A stretch of DNA of 35,120 nt from positions 1-35,120 of IMG/VR virus record IMGVR_UViG_3300037697_000031, one strand, 5' to 3'. Origin of the DNA: a virus (taxonomy: Duplodnaviria; Caudoviricetes). Made by a program: the position numbers and the translations under genes. Positions 17,350-26,157 of this stretch are shown piece after piece. Numbering within the stretch: position 1 is the stretch's first letter; each line of letters begins with the position of its first letter. The notes under the pieces were generated by a model. It did no database searches. It was not told the origin of the DNA and saw only the letters and a list, made by a program, of their open reading frames with translations.

Positions 17350-18343
17350 GCAAGGTATAAAAAACTTAATTAGGACGGTAGCCGGGCCAAATATCCCCTT
17401 CGCGGATCACGATCAGTGGGTCGGGTTCCCCTGCGTCTTCGCCCCCTACAAACACGCCAGCGGGAAGGACTCCAAGCCTAGCGCCGGGGTGTCGGTCCAT
17501 GCCAGCGGCACCAGCATCTTTCGCTGCTATACCTGCACGACCCCGGGCGTCACGCTCGAATGGTTCCTGAAAGAGCTTGACCGATACACCGGGGAAGTCC
17601 CCGCCAGCCTGATTCGTGATGCAGCCGATGAGGAGTTCTACGGGGGCAGGTTGCAGGAGTGGGGCGCACGCGATCGGTCGGAGATGCCAGCCACCCTTGC
17701 GGAGCCTCTGGACAAGGAGACCTATCTTGACCTGTACGACGAGGCACACGACCACCCTTATGTGAAGTTCCGGGGAATCTCCGCCCGGGCGGGCAAGAGG
17801 CTACAGCTTCTGTATGACCCCTCGGATAGCGAAGGGGACGAGCGTATCCTGTTCCCGGTCTTTGCGCCCAATGGCGACCTGCACGGCTTCACCGGGCGGG
17901 CGATCCACAGCGACGCACGACTCAAGGTCAGGGACTATCACGGGCTTAAGAAAAGCCTCCTCCTGCTTGGCTCACACCTAATCGATCCTCGCAAGGACAA
18001 GTATGTCCTGCTCGTCGAAGGGCTGTTTGATTACGCGATGATGGTGAATTACGGGCTACCGGCGGTGGCCTCTATGATGGCGGCACTGACCAAGGCACAG
18101 GCGGATATCCTGAAGACCTTCGGGCTACCCGTGTATTCGATGTACGACAACGACAAGGCCGGTGACAACGCCCGGCGCACGATGAAGGAGTTACTATGCC
18201 GGCACATCCCGGTATTGAAGACTCGCTTCCCTCGCGTGAAGGTCCGGGATCGTTCTACCGGTTTGATGAAGTGGGCGCAGGACCCGGACGAACTCTCACG
18301 CGATGCTATCCTATGGATGATAAACGATGCCAAGCTAATGTAA
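17342..18343 (+). CDS. dnaG: DNA primase (Zn-binding domain plus TOPRIM)
   Basis: C.FAP..H...D..PS...F.CYTC zinc motif, RILFPV, GFTGR, LVEGLFD, YDNDKAG, QDPDE. Confidence 0.9.
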   Translation: MDRQGIKNLIRTVAGPNIPFADHDQWVGFPCVFAPYKHASGKDSKPSAGVSVHASGTSIFRCYTCTTPGVTLEWFLKELDRYTGEVPASLIRDAADEEFYGGRLQEWGARDRSEMPATLAEPLDKETYLDLYDEAHDHPYVKFRGISARAGKRLQLLYDPSDSEGDERILFPVFAPNGDLHGFTGRAIHSDARLKVRDYHGLKKSLLLLGSHLIDPRKDKYVLLVEGLFDYAMMVNYGLPAVASMMAALTKAQADILKTFGLPVYSMYDNDKAGDNARRTMKELLCRHIPVLKTRFPRVKVRDRSTGLMKWAQDPDELSRDAILWMINDAKLM

Positions 18344-18360
18344 CTACTGGGTGAATTCCT

Positions 18361-18822
18361 ATGGCGAACCGTAAAGGAAGGGCACCACCCGCCCGGGATA
18401 GTAAGGGCCGGTTTGCCCGGAAACGCGAAGAAATATATACGGGCTGCCGCTTGCTGCCGGTACCCGCTTCTGCTACAATGCCGTTAGTGTCGTTCAAGCA
18501 ACGACCGCAAGATGGTGCTCACGAATTCCTGACTCAGCAATTACTCGGCCCTCTCAGGGAGGGCCACCCTGTAGTTCTGGCAGTCTCGGATAGACGAGCA
18601 CCGAAGAAAAAGCGAGTCACGGGAAAGCCTTTGCTTTTCCTAGTACCCGCAAGCTGCTTCGGTGGAAGCATCGATAGACTAGTAGTATCCTTTCAAGCAC
18701 ATGGTTGCGAAATTGTTGATGTCAGTGAGAAAGTGAAATCAATTTCATTTGTTCGTTTAGGGCTCAGTGCGTCTCTCTCGACGCATCTAGCCGCTGCGTT
18801 GAACCAAGTGTTCAACAAGTGA
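18361..18822 (+). CDS. hypothetical protein overlapping a structured region
   Basis: 153-codon open frame filling the primase-ssb gap; atypical codon usage and weak SD. Confidence 0.45.
   Translation: MANRKGRAPPARDSKGRFARKREEIYTGCRLLPVPASATMPLVSFKQRPQDGAHEFLTQQLLGPLREGHPVVLAVSDRRAPKKKRVTGKPLLFLVPASCFGGSIDRLVVSFQAHGCEIVDVSEKVKSISFVRLGLSASLSTHLAAALNQVFNK
18451..18479 (+). promoter_or_regulatory. strong sigma70-type promoter (extended -10)
   Basis: TTGCTG (18451-18456), 17-bp spacer ending TGc, TACAAT (18474-18479). Confidence 0.65.
18486..18820 (+). ncRNA. candidate structured RNA or long structured leader
   Basis: At least 8 short hairpins plus a long-range helix and a crossing (pseudoknot) pairing, starting right after the promoter (see findings). 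Confidence 0.4.
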
Positions 18823-18840
18823 TACCCACAGGAGAAAACC

Positions 18841-19986
18841 ATGGTCGCACCACGCCGTAACGCCCCGACACCTCCTCCCGCTCGTCGCGGCACCCGCGCC
18901 GCCCCTTCCACGGGCAGCAGCCATTACCGTGGCGAAGAGGGTATGCGTCGCGCCGCCGAGGAACAGGAACGCCAGAAGGTACTGGCGGACCAGCGTCGCA
19001 ACCAAACCCACATGCCGTTCCGGTTCAGGGTCGGTATTGGTGAGACGAAAGAAGCGGTCATCTTGGATGACCAGCCTGACTTCTTCCGCTACGAACACAA
19101 CATGAAGGGCCCGGACGGGAAGTGGAACGTATTCACCGGGTGCGTCAAGGAATTCGATACCTGCCCCGCTTGCGAGGCGGCCGGGCGGGAATCCTATTAC
19201 GGGATGTACCTGACGGTTCTGGACTTTACCGAGTTCAAGACGCGTTCCGGAGAGACGGTGGAGTTCTCGCGCAAGCTGCTCGTGGTCAAGCCGGCACAGC
19301 ACAAGAAATTCATCCGCTTCTACGAGAAGGAAGGCACGCTACGCGGCGCGGTGTTCGAATTCACTCGGGATGGCGACAAGGACTCTTCGATCGGTAACGA
19401 CATCGAGTTCGTGGAGTTCATGGAAGAGGACGATCTGACCACCTACGTACGGGAATGGACCGATCAGGAAAAGAAAAAGCATGTCGAGGACTGCTCCGAG
19501 CCTTACGACTACGAAGAACTGTTCGAGCCTGCGGACACGGAAAAGCTCCGGGCCCAGTTCGGCGGCAAGCCGGCACCCGGCAGTCGTGCGGAAGAGCAAG
19601 ATGCACTGGGAGGGGAGCGTCGTCGTCGCGGACGTGCGGAGGAGCCTGAAGCGGAAGCCCGGCCCTCCCGCGCAGCAGGACGCGATGCCCCCGCCCCTCG
19701 TGGCCGCGCCGTAGCCCCGAAGCGTAGCGGCGACATGGAGGACTGGCAGGACCCGGACGCGAGCGATGAGCCACCGTGGGAGGGTGCAGAAGAGCCCGCC
19801 GAGGCACCCGCCCCGCGACGTGCCCGAGGCCGCACCGAAGAGCCGGCAGCCCCTCCTGCGCGTCGGGGACGTGCCCCGGTCGAAGAGGAGCCCGAGGAGC
19901 CCCCGCGTCGCGGCAGAGGTAGAGCCGCACCGGAGGAGGAGCCTGCACCGGCTCCGAGACGTGTGCAGCCCCGGCGCGGGAGGTAA
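18841..19986 (+). CDS. ssb: single-stranded DNA-binding protein (gp32-like) with long charged disordered tail
   Basis: SD CAGGAG; YEH...C...CPAC zinc site; LRGAVFEFTR OB-like core; EEP..P.RRGR repeats in the tail; between primase and helicase. Confidence 0.7.
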   Translation: MVAPRRNAPTPPPARRGTRAAPSTGSSHYRGEEGMRRAAEEQERQKVLADQRRNQTHMPFRFRVGIGETKEAVILDDQPDFFRYEHNMKGPDGKWNVFTGCVKEFDTCPACEAAGRESYYGMYLTVLDFTEFKTRSGETVEFSRKLLVVKPAQHKKFIRFYEKEGTLRGAVFEFTRDGDKDSSIGNDIEFVEFMEEDDLTTYVREWTDQEKKKHVEDCSEPYDYEELFEPADTEKLRAQFGGKPAPGSRAEEQDALGGERRRRGRAEEPEAEARPSRAAGRDAPAPRGRAVAPKRSGDMEDWQDPDASDEPPWEGAEEPAEAPAPRRARGRTEEPAAPPARRGRAPVEEEPEEPPRRGRGRAAPEEEPAPAPRRVQPRRGR

Positions 19987-19992
19987 TTAACC

Positions 19993-20211
19993 ATGGAACG
20001 CAGGGTCCGGCGAACAAGATCAATTCTGCCGGCTCCCTGCCCCTTCTGTGGGCAGGTGCCGCAAATCCATACACACTTCCGCGACCCAGTATACAGCCTC
20101 ATGCATCGCTGCCCGGTCATCGGCCCGATCACGTTTGATTGGACTAGGGATAAGGTAGCAATGATACGGCGATGGAACACTCGATATGAAAAGACAGGCG
20201 GAGTTGAGTAG
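19993..20211 (+). CDS. small Zn-finger protein (Lar/restriction-alleviation-like)
   Basis: PCPFCG...H.C...I..WN.R pattern. Confidence 0.6.
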   Translation: MERRVRRTRSILPAPCPFCGQVPQIHTHFRDPVYSLMHRCPVIGPITFDWTRDKVAMIRRWNTRYEKTGGVE

Positions 20212-22699
20212 CTGTGTGTGGTTCCCGGACGGGTCCGTGGACCGGGCGGCATTGATGGGCGAGGTCACCGCGTCTTTCCTGCCCTTGGGGGAAGAGGTGC
20301 CGATACTCGTCCCTGCCTACCGCACCGACCGCAAGGGGTACCTTGGGGTGCCAAGGCAGTTCGGCATCGAGTATGCCCACAAACACGGCATCTCCCTGCT
20401 AGACAAGACCAGCCGGGGGCGCCGGGTCACCTTGCCCGGCAGCGTCGCCATGCGGGACTACCAAGTCCCGTTTATCGAGGAGCTACTGGACACCGCAGCG
20501 GAGGAGTACGACTTTATTGTCAAGGCCGCGACCGGTACTGGCAAAACTACGATGGGCCTGCGCCTGATCCAGATTTTGAAATTGAATTCAATTATCGTTG
20601 TGGATCAGGAGAACTTGAAGGACCAATGGATCGAGCGGGCGCGGGAGCAGTTCGGCGTACCGGAGGATCAGATCGGAACCGTACAGGGCCCGGTACTGGA
20701 TTACGAAGGCAAGACCATTGTGATCGCCATGGTGCAGACGCTGGTGCAGAAGGCACTACCGCAGAAGTTCTACGACTACTTCGGCATCGCTCTGTTTGAC
20801 GAATGCTTCCACCCAAGTCATGAACTACTTACGCCCGAAGGTTGGAGGTCTGTCGCTACGATAGAGGCCGATGATCTAGTTGCACAAGTGGATGGAGCTT
20901 CCGGGGAGATCACTTTCGTGCGCCCCACGGATACTGTCGCTCGACCGTGTACGGAAGGTCTTATACACTTCGAGGACAAAAATACCGATCTACTCGCTAC
21001 ACCCGGGCACCAGCATCTCGTGTACTGGCGAGGAGAGGGGGCGCCGTCCAAGGTAGAGTACGGCGAGCTTGTCCCTACCAATCGGTGGTACCAACGGCTA
21101 TCCGGTACCGTAGCAGGTACCGACCAGCTAACGTCGTGGGAGCGGTTCCTGATCGCGTATCAGGCAGACGGTACATACCTGCGACTTGCTTCCCGGGCGC
21201 AGGAGCACCACGTACGCTTTTCTTTCCGTAAGCAGAGGAAGATAGACCGCTTACTGTTGCTACTTCCACAAATCAATCGAGAGTCGGCAGGTAGCGTCCG
21301 CTGGGAGATAGGGCAGAATAGCAGAGGGGATACGAACGTGCAGGTATGGTGTAGGCAGTCTGTGTCCAAGACTCTAGACTGGATGCCTCTAGACAAGTCC
21401 TCCTCCTACTACCGTCAGGTGATGGAGGAGGCCATCGAGTGGGATGGATGGCAGGATGCAGGTGGCACCCGTACGTACTGCAGCACGATACCGGCTAACG
21501 CGGAGCGCATGCAGATAGCTGCTTCGTTGGCGGGGTATGTAGCCAGCCTTCGGTCCTACGGGAGGCAGAACGCCCGCCACGCCACCCGCTATCAGGTAAA
21601 TTGGTTCGAGGGGGCGGTCAGGCCGACGAAGGGCCTGCGCAAAACCCACAAGCGGTATCGCGGGATGGTTTACTGTGTACGGGTACCCTCCGGCAACGTA
21701 TTGACTAGACGAAACGGAAAGATTGCCGTAACTGGTAATTGCCAGATCGTCGGCGCCCCGACCTTTTCCCGATCACTGATGATGTTCTCCGCAGGCTTGC
21801 GGATCGGGATGTCGGCCACACCACGAGACGATTCCCTACAGAAGGTAGTCAAGTGGAGTCTGGGCGAAGTCGGCGCGGAGCTGGACAAGGAGCATCGTAA
21901 ATCCAAGGTGTTCTACGTAGAGAACGAGTCGGTGTACTCGTGGTACGCGAACACGTCCCCCAAGACTGGGCGGTACTTGCAGGAGATATCGGAGGACGCG
22001 AACCGTAACTGGATGCTTTGTCGCATCATCGAGTGGCTGTACCGTACGGGCCGGGACGTACTGGCCATCTCAGAACGGATCGAACAACTGGAGGGCATCC
22101 GCGCCCTGTGTGCGCTACAAGGCATACCAGAAAGCGACATGGGTATCTACACCGGCTACCGTTTAGTGTGGATGTTCGAGAAGGACCCTAAACCGCTCGG
22201 GCGCCCGAGAGGATGGGAGAAGGGGGCAGACTACACGCCAGTACATTACGTGGCCGTTCGGAAGCGCATCCCCAAGAAAACTCTGGAACACACCAAGGAC
22301 CACGCCCGGGTGCTTTTTGCTACCTACGGCATGTTTGCCAAAGGGGTCGATGTGCCACGCCTCGCGGCCGGGGTGGATTGCACCCCCCGCAGCAAGGCCA
22401 AGCAAGTACATGGGCGTGTCCTGCGGGATAGCAAAGGAAAGATGACCCCTATCTGGGTGACGATTCGGGATGTATACTCCCACCGATCAGACTTCCAGTT
22501 CCTGCAAAGACTGGGCGATTATGTGGCGGACAATGCGGAGATATATCAATGGCACATGGACAAGGGCGTACGCCCCTCAGACGCGCGGGCGCTAAAGCGG
22601 GCCGTATTACAGAACGTATCGTTCCTCAAGACGTGCAGGTATACAACGACGATCGACGGACACGGTACCATTCAGACGCCGAGTACGCCGACAAGGTGA
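20186..22699 (+). CDS. superfamily 2 helicase with an intein
   Basis: MRDYQ, AATGTGKT, FDE|CQ (Walker B split by the intein), GMSATP, KGVDVPRL, QVHGRVLR. Confidence 0.92.
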   Translation: MKRQAELSSCVWFPDGSVDRAALMGEVTASFLPLGEEVPILVPAYRTDRKGYLGVPRQFGIEYAHKHGISLLDKTSRGRRVTLPGSVAMRDYQVPFIEELLDTAAEEYDFIVKAATGTGKTTMGLRLIQILKLNSIIVVDQENLKDQWIERAREQFGVPEDQIGTVQGPVLDYEGKTIVIAMVQTLVQKALPQKFYDYFGIALFDECFHPSHELLTPEGWRSVATIEADDLVAQVDGASGEITFVRPTDTVARPCTEGLIHFEDKNTDLLATPGHQHLVYWRGEGAPSKVEYGELVPTNRWYQRLSGTVAGTDQLTSWERFLIAYQADGTYLRLASRAQEHHVRFSFRKQRKIDRLLLLLPQINRESAGSVRWEIGQNSRGDTNVQVWCRQSVSKTLDWMPLDKSSSYYRQVMEEAIEWDGWQDAGGTRTYCSTIPANAERMQIAASLAGYVASLRSYGRQNARHATRYQVNWFEGAVRPTKGLRKTHKRYRGMVYCVRVPSGNVLTRRNGKIAVTGNCQIVGAPTFSRSLMMFSAGLRIGMSATPRDDSLQKVVKWSLGEVGAELDKEHRKSKVFYVENESVYSWYANTSPKTGRYLQEISEDANRNWMLCRIIEWLYRTGRDVLAISERIEQLEGIRALCALQGIPESDMGIYTGYRLVWMFEKDPKPLGRPRGWEKGADYTPVHYVAVRKRIPKKTLEHTKDHARVLFATYGMFAKGVDVPRLAAGVDCTPRSKAKQVHGRVLRDSKGKMTPIWVTIRDVYSHRSDFQFLQRLGDYVADNAEIYQWHMDKGVRPSDARALKRAVLQNVSFLKTCRYTTTIDGHGTIQTPSTPTR
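20804..21739 (+). mobile_element. intein in the SF2 helicase Walker B (312 aa) with LAGLIDADG-type endonuclease
   Basis: Starts CFHPSHELLT, ATPGHQ, IAYQADG and IEWDG motifs, VYCVRV, ends AVTGN followed by +1 Cys. Confidence 0.92.
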
Positions 22700-23094
22700 A
22701 GAAAGCGGCGCGAGACAACTACCACAAGAGCAATCCTCGCCAGCCCAGTAGGGTGGCGGGCGGCCTGTTGATCCCGGGGCAGGAGAGGGAAGTATTTGAC
22801 GAGGAGATGGACCACCCGGTTGTCGTCACGTCCTACACCGTACCGGAGGCTGCCAAGGCGCTCGGGCGGTCGGAGATGACGTTCAAGAAGTGGATCTCCG
22901 ACGATCTCGTCCCGGCGCCGATCCTGAAGGACACGCAGCACGGGTACCGGATCTACAGCGAAGGGGAGCTTCGGGCGGTGGCCACCGTACTGGCGCAGCA
23001 CGAGATCGAGTTTACGTATTACTCTACGAAACACGAGCAGACACGGCACCGGCTATTCCAGCAAGTACAGGCATACCGGGCCCATAGCGTATAG
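22549..23094 (+). CDS. MerR-like helix-turn-helix DNA-binding protein
   Basis: YTVPEAAKALGRSEMTFKKW....LVPAP......YRIYS..EL; start uncertain because it overlaps the helicase 3' end. Confidence 0.7.
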   Translation: MAHGQGRTPLRRAGAKAGRITERIVPQDVQVYNDDRRTRYHSDAEYADKVKKAARDNYHKSNPRQPSRVAGGLLIPGQEREVFDEEMDHPVVVTSYTVPEAAKALGRSEMTFKKWISDDLVPAPILKDTQHGYRIYSEGELRAVATVLAQHEIEFTYYSTKHEQTRHRLFQQVQAYRAHSV

Positions 23095-23102
23095 GGGGCA
23101 TC

Positions 23103-23420
23103 ATGGTCGAACGCGTCAGAAGGAACAGGCCGGCGGTAACGGAACAGACTCACGACACGGTACTGAATGTCATGAGTTCGTCCTTCGGTATCGAAGAGAA
23201 CGAGCGTACCGTGATCGGGGTGCGCAAGTTTGCTACCGAACCCGCCTATGTCCGGGTGAATGCCGGCACCACCAAAAATCTCGGCAACTATGAAAGCCTA
23301 CGCGTGGACGTATCCATTACTCTGCCTTGCTACGCAGAGGAGATCCCAACCGTGTTTGAAAAGGTCGCCGACGAAGTCGCCGGCCTGCTTGCCGACGAAT
23401 TGAAAAAATACGAATCCTGA
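23103..23420 (+). CDS. conserved phage hypothetical protein
   Basis: TKNLGNYESLRVDV motif; SD AGGGGG. Confidence 0.75.
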   Translation: MVERVRRNRPAVTEQTHDTVLNVMSSSFGIEENERTVIGVRKFATEPAYVRVNAGTTKNLGNYESLRVDVSITLPCYAEEIPTVFEKVADEVAGLLADELKKYES

Positions 23421-23432
23421 ATTGGAGTTGGC

Positions 23433-25631
23433 ATGGTTACTCGAACCAGACGTGTCCGCACGGCAGGGGAATCCCCCTCGCCAGACAGCGGTAAAGGCGA
23501 ACTCAGTGGAACACTGAAAGAGATCGAAAAGCGGTACGGGGCAAGCGTGGTGTCTAGTGGCTCCTCCATCATGCAACCAGAACGGATATCCACGGGCAGT
23601 TTCATGGTGGATTTCGCGACGCTGGGGGGCATCCCCCGCAACCGTATCACCAAGATCGTGGGCCACAAGCACGCTGGGAAGGGAGGTCGTATTTTCGATC
23701 ACGTACTTACCCCTTCTGGGTGGGTTCAGTACGGCGAGTTGCAGGTAGGTGACTCAGTAATTGGCTCAGATGGGAAGGCCACGACAATTACCGGGGTGTT
23801 CCCTCGTGGGCGCCTACCTACATACCGAGTGGCCTTTACGGATAAGTCTTCTGTGGTCGTCGACGGGGATCACTTGTGGGCGGTATCTACAGGCAAGCAG
23901 GCAAGAACGACAGGCAAGTACACCGTACGGCCTACCAGAGAGCTAGCCACCTCCCCGCTCCGGTCGAACAACTCTACGAGCACCTGCCTGTACCGAATAC
24001 CCCTTGTCGCTCCAGTACAGTACGCATCAGGGGAGGTGCTACCGATAGAGCCCTACCTGTTGGGGGTGTTGTTGGCTAACGGTAGCCTGCGGGTACCACT
24101 GTTCTCTACCAACGATACTGGGGTAGTGGATACGGTACAGGCCCGTAATGCCGGCCTATCTATTACTGAGCATTTTAGTAGCAACTGCAGGCGCTGGTAC
24201 GTGGCAGATTACGTAAGCCGCACAGGGCGAAACTCAATTAAGGGAGCATTGCGAGGGCTAGGGCTGTTCGGCCACACCGCACACTACAAATTCATCCCTG
24301 AAATGTATCTCCGCGCGTCGGCAGAGAATAGGCTACTGCTACTTCAGGCGTTGATGGATTGCGACGGTAGTAGCGAGCGCAACGTCTCTGGGTCTACTCA
24401 CCATAAAGGCGGTGCGCGGTACTCTACCCGCTCCTCCGCCTTGGCGTACGGTATGCAGGAGCTTGCGCAGTCTCTCGGGGGCACGGGGTCTGTAACCAGC
24501 GCGCGGCACACTAAGGATGGGGAGGTGGACTACACGGTGTCCATCGTGCTTCCTCGGGGCCAGTCCCCTTATCTAGGCTGTGCGCGAAAACGCGAGGTGT
24601 TTGCCTCCCGTGGGCATCGAGGACCTGTCCGGTCGATTGCGTCGATCACGCAGGAGGGGGAGGAGGAGATTATCTGTATCACTGTCGAGGCGCAGGACCG
24701 GCTGTACGTGACAGAGAACTATCTTGTTACACATAATAGTTCCCTATCTGACAAGATCATCGCCGCCACTCAACGTCAATACCCTGACGGGCAGGTAGTC
24801 AAGATAGACGTGGAAGGCTGTCACGAATCGGTATGGTCCGGAAAGCTGGGGGTCGATAATAGCCGTTTGCTGGTGGCCCAGCCCGAGACCGGGGAGCATG
24901 CGCTGGACATGGCCGACGCACTGATTCGTACCAAGGAGGTATCCCTGATCGTTGTGGACTCCCTTGCGCAACTCGTGCCCGCCAAGGAAATCGAGGCATC
25001 CGCCGAGGACCAGTTTGTCGGACTGCAGTCCCGCATGATCGGTTCCTTTGTGCGCAAGGCCGTCAATGCCCTCCTAGCGGAGCGCCATCGCGGTCACTAC
25101 ATCACCCTGCTGTTCATCAACCAGTTCCGCAGCAAGATTGGCGGATGGTCTCCGACCGGTGACCCGCTCACCGAACCGGGCGGCAAGGGACTGGGCTTTG
25201 CCTACTCCCTCGAAATCACCATGAAGAACAAGGAAACGCAGGGCAAGGACGATGTAGGCGTGGATGCCATGATCGAGAACGAACACAGCTTTTCCATCAC
25301 CAAGAACAAGCTGAACGCCGGGCCCCGCTCCGGGGAGTTTCGGCTTCGCCGGATGGCAGACCCGACTACCGGACTGGAGGAGGGCGAGATCGACGATGCA
25401 GGTACCATGCTTGCCTACGCAAAGAAATTCGGCATCTTCACGGGCGGGGGCAGTTCATGGACTCTGGAATTCTGGGACTTCTCACAGAAGTTCAAGAGCG
25501 CGGCCGAGGCGACCAAGTACCTGTACGAAAACCGGGATGACTACTGGCTTCTGCGTAACTACCTCATCTCGGAGCAAGCGGGGCGGCTGGGGATGCCCCA
25601 ATCTTTCATTGAACGTTTCTACCCGGAGTAG
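23433..25631 (+). CDS. recA: RecA-like recombinase with an intein in the P-loop
   Basis: ISTGS..D.A.LGGIPR.RI, P-loop GHKHAGK|S, IVVDSLA.L.P..E, FINQFR, PGGK.L.F, KNK. Confidence 0.92.
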   Translation: MVTRTRRVRTAGESPSPDSGKGELSGTLKEIEKRYGASVVSSGSSIMQPERISTGSFMVDFATLGGIPRNRITKIVGHKHAGKGGRIFDHVLTPSGWVQYGELQVGDSVIGSDGKATTITGVFPRGRLPTYRVAFTDKSSVVVDGDHLWAVSTGKQARTTGKYTVRPTRELATSPLRSNNSTSTCLYRIPLVAPVQYASGEVLPIEPYLLGVLLANGSLRVPLFSTNDTGVVDTVQARNAGLSITEHFSSNCRRWYVADYVSRTGRNSIKGALRGLGLFGHTAHYKFIPEMYLRASAENRLLLLQALMDCDGSSERNVSGSTHHKGGARYSTRSSALAYGMQELAQSLGGTGSVTSARHTKDGEVDYTVSIVLPRGQSPYLGCARKREVFASRGHRGPVRSIASITQEGEEEIICITVEAQDRLYVTENYLVTHNSSLSDKIIAATQRQYPDGQVVKIDVEGCHESVWSGKLGVDNSRLLVAQPETGEHALDMADALIRTKEVSLIVVDSLAQLVPAKEIEASAEDQFVGLQSRMIGSFVRKAVNALLAERHRGHYITLLFINQFRSKIGGWSPTGDPLTEPGGKGLGFAYSLEITMKNKETQGKDDVGVDAMIENEHSFSITKNKLNAGPRSGEFRLRRMADPTTGLEEGEIDDAGTMLAYAKKFGIFTGGGSSWTLEFWDFSQKFKSAAEATKYLYENRDDYWLLRNYLISEQAGRLGMPQSFIERFYPE
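23682..24737 (+). mobile_element. class 3-type intein in RecA (352 aa, N-terminal Gly) with LAGLIDADG-type endonuclease
   Basis: Starts GGRIFDHVLTPSGW, block B DHLW, LLGVLLANG and LMDCDG motifs, block F ICITV, ends LVTHN followed by +1 Ser. Confidence 0.88.
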
Positions 25632-25635
25632 CGCA

Positions 25636-25848
25636 ATGTCTGACCAGAAATGCACGTCCTTAGTCCGCATCCGTGCAGAGGTGGAAATCGTAGGCTCTAC
25701 GTATGGGCCGGACTGGAGTATTGGAGCAATCCAGAAGCAGGCGAAGGAGGAGGGACGCCGCGCGCTGATGAACATGCTGCAGAAGGCGGGAGGGCGGGTA
25801 ATCGGGGAGCCTACTATCACACACGTCATTGTTACTGAGGAAAAATAG
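25636..25848 (+). CDS. small hypothetical protein
   Basis: 70-aa ORF between recA and acb2, tightly packed. Confidence 0.6.
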   Translation: MSDQKCTSLVRIRAEVEIVGSTYGPDWSIGAIQKQAKEEGRRALMNMLQKAGGRVIGEPTITHVIVTEEK

Positions 25849-25849
25849 C

Positions 25850-26134
25850 ATGGATAACCAGCATCGAAAGATCAGCGGCTACAGAGAACTGTCGCAGGAA
25901 GAGATTGGCCTGATGAACGAGATCAAGGCCAAGGGAGAAGAACTCAAGGAATTGTGCGGGCGGGTGGAGGAGGGTGTGCGTACCCAGCTAGAGCGTGCGG
26001 CCGAGTCTGATGAGGAGGAGTACGACAGGCTGATCACAAGTGACGCCTACGGATGGGTGAATGACGCCCGCAAGGATCTTCAGGTAGGCATCATGAAGCT
26101 GGTCCGCGCCGTTGCACAGCCCACCACATTCTGA
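25850..26134 (+). CDS. acb2: Acb2 / T4 Vs.4-like anti-CBASS cyclic-nucleotide sponge
   Basis: MDNQHRKISGYRELSQEEI.LMN.IK...DLQ.G.M.LVRAVAQP..F closely matches the Acb2 family pattern. Confidence 0.88.
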   Translation: MDNQHRKISGYRELSQEEIGLMNEIKAKGEELKELCGRVEEGVRTQLERAAESDEEEYDRLITSDAYGWVNDARKDLQVGIMKLVRAVAQPTTF

Positions 26135-26157
26135 AATCGATTTCAAAAGGGGAAGTC

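Noticed and set aside
18480-18830. tRNA, tmRNA or group I intron identity for the structured region
   Set aside because: No cloverleaf or T-loop, no tmRNA-like termini, and no convincing P7 R/S elements by eye.
19418-20252. Long minus-strand ORFs over the ssb tail
   Set aside because: Stop-free because of GC-rich low-complexity sequence on the coding strand.
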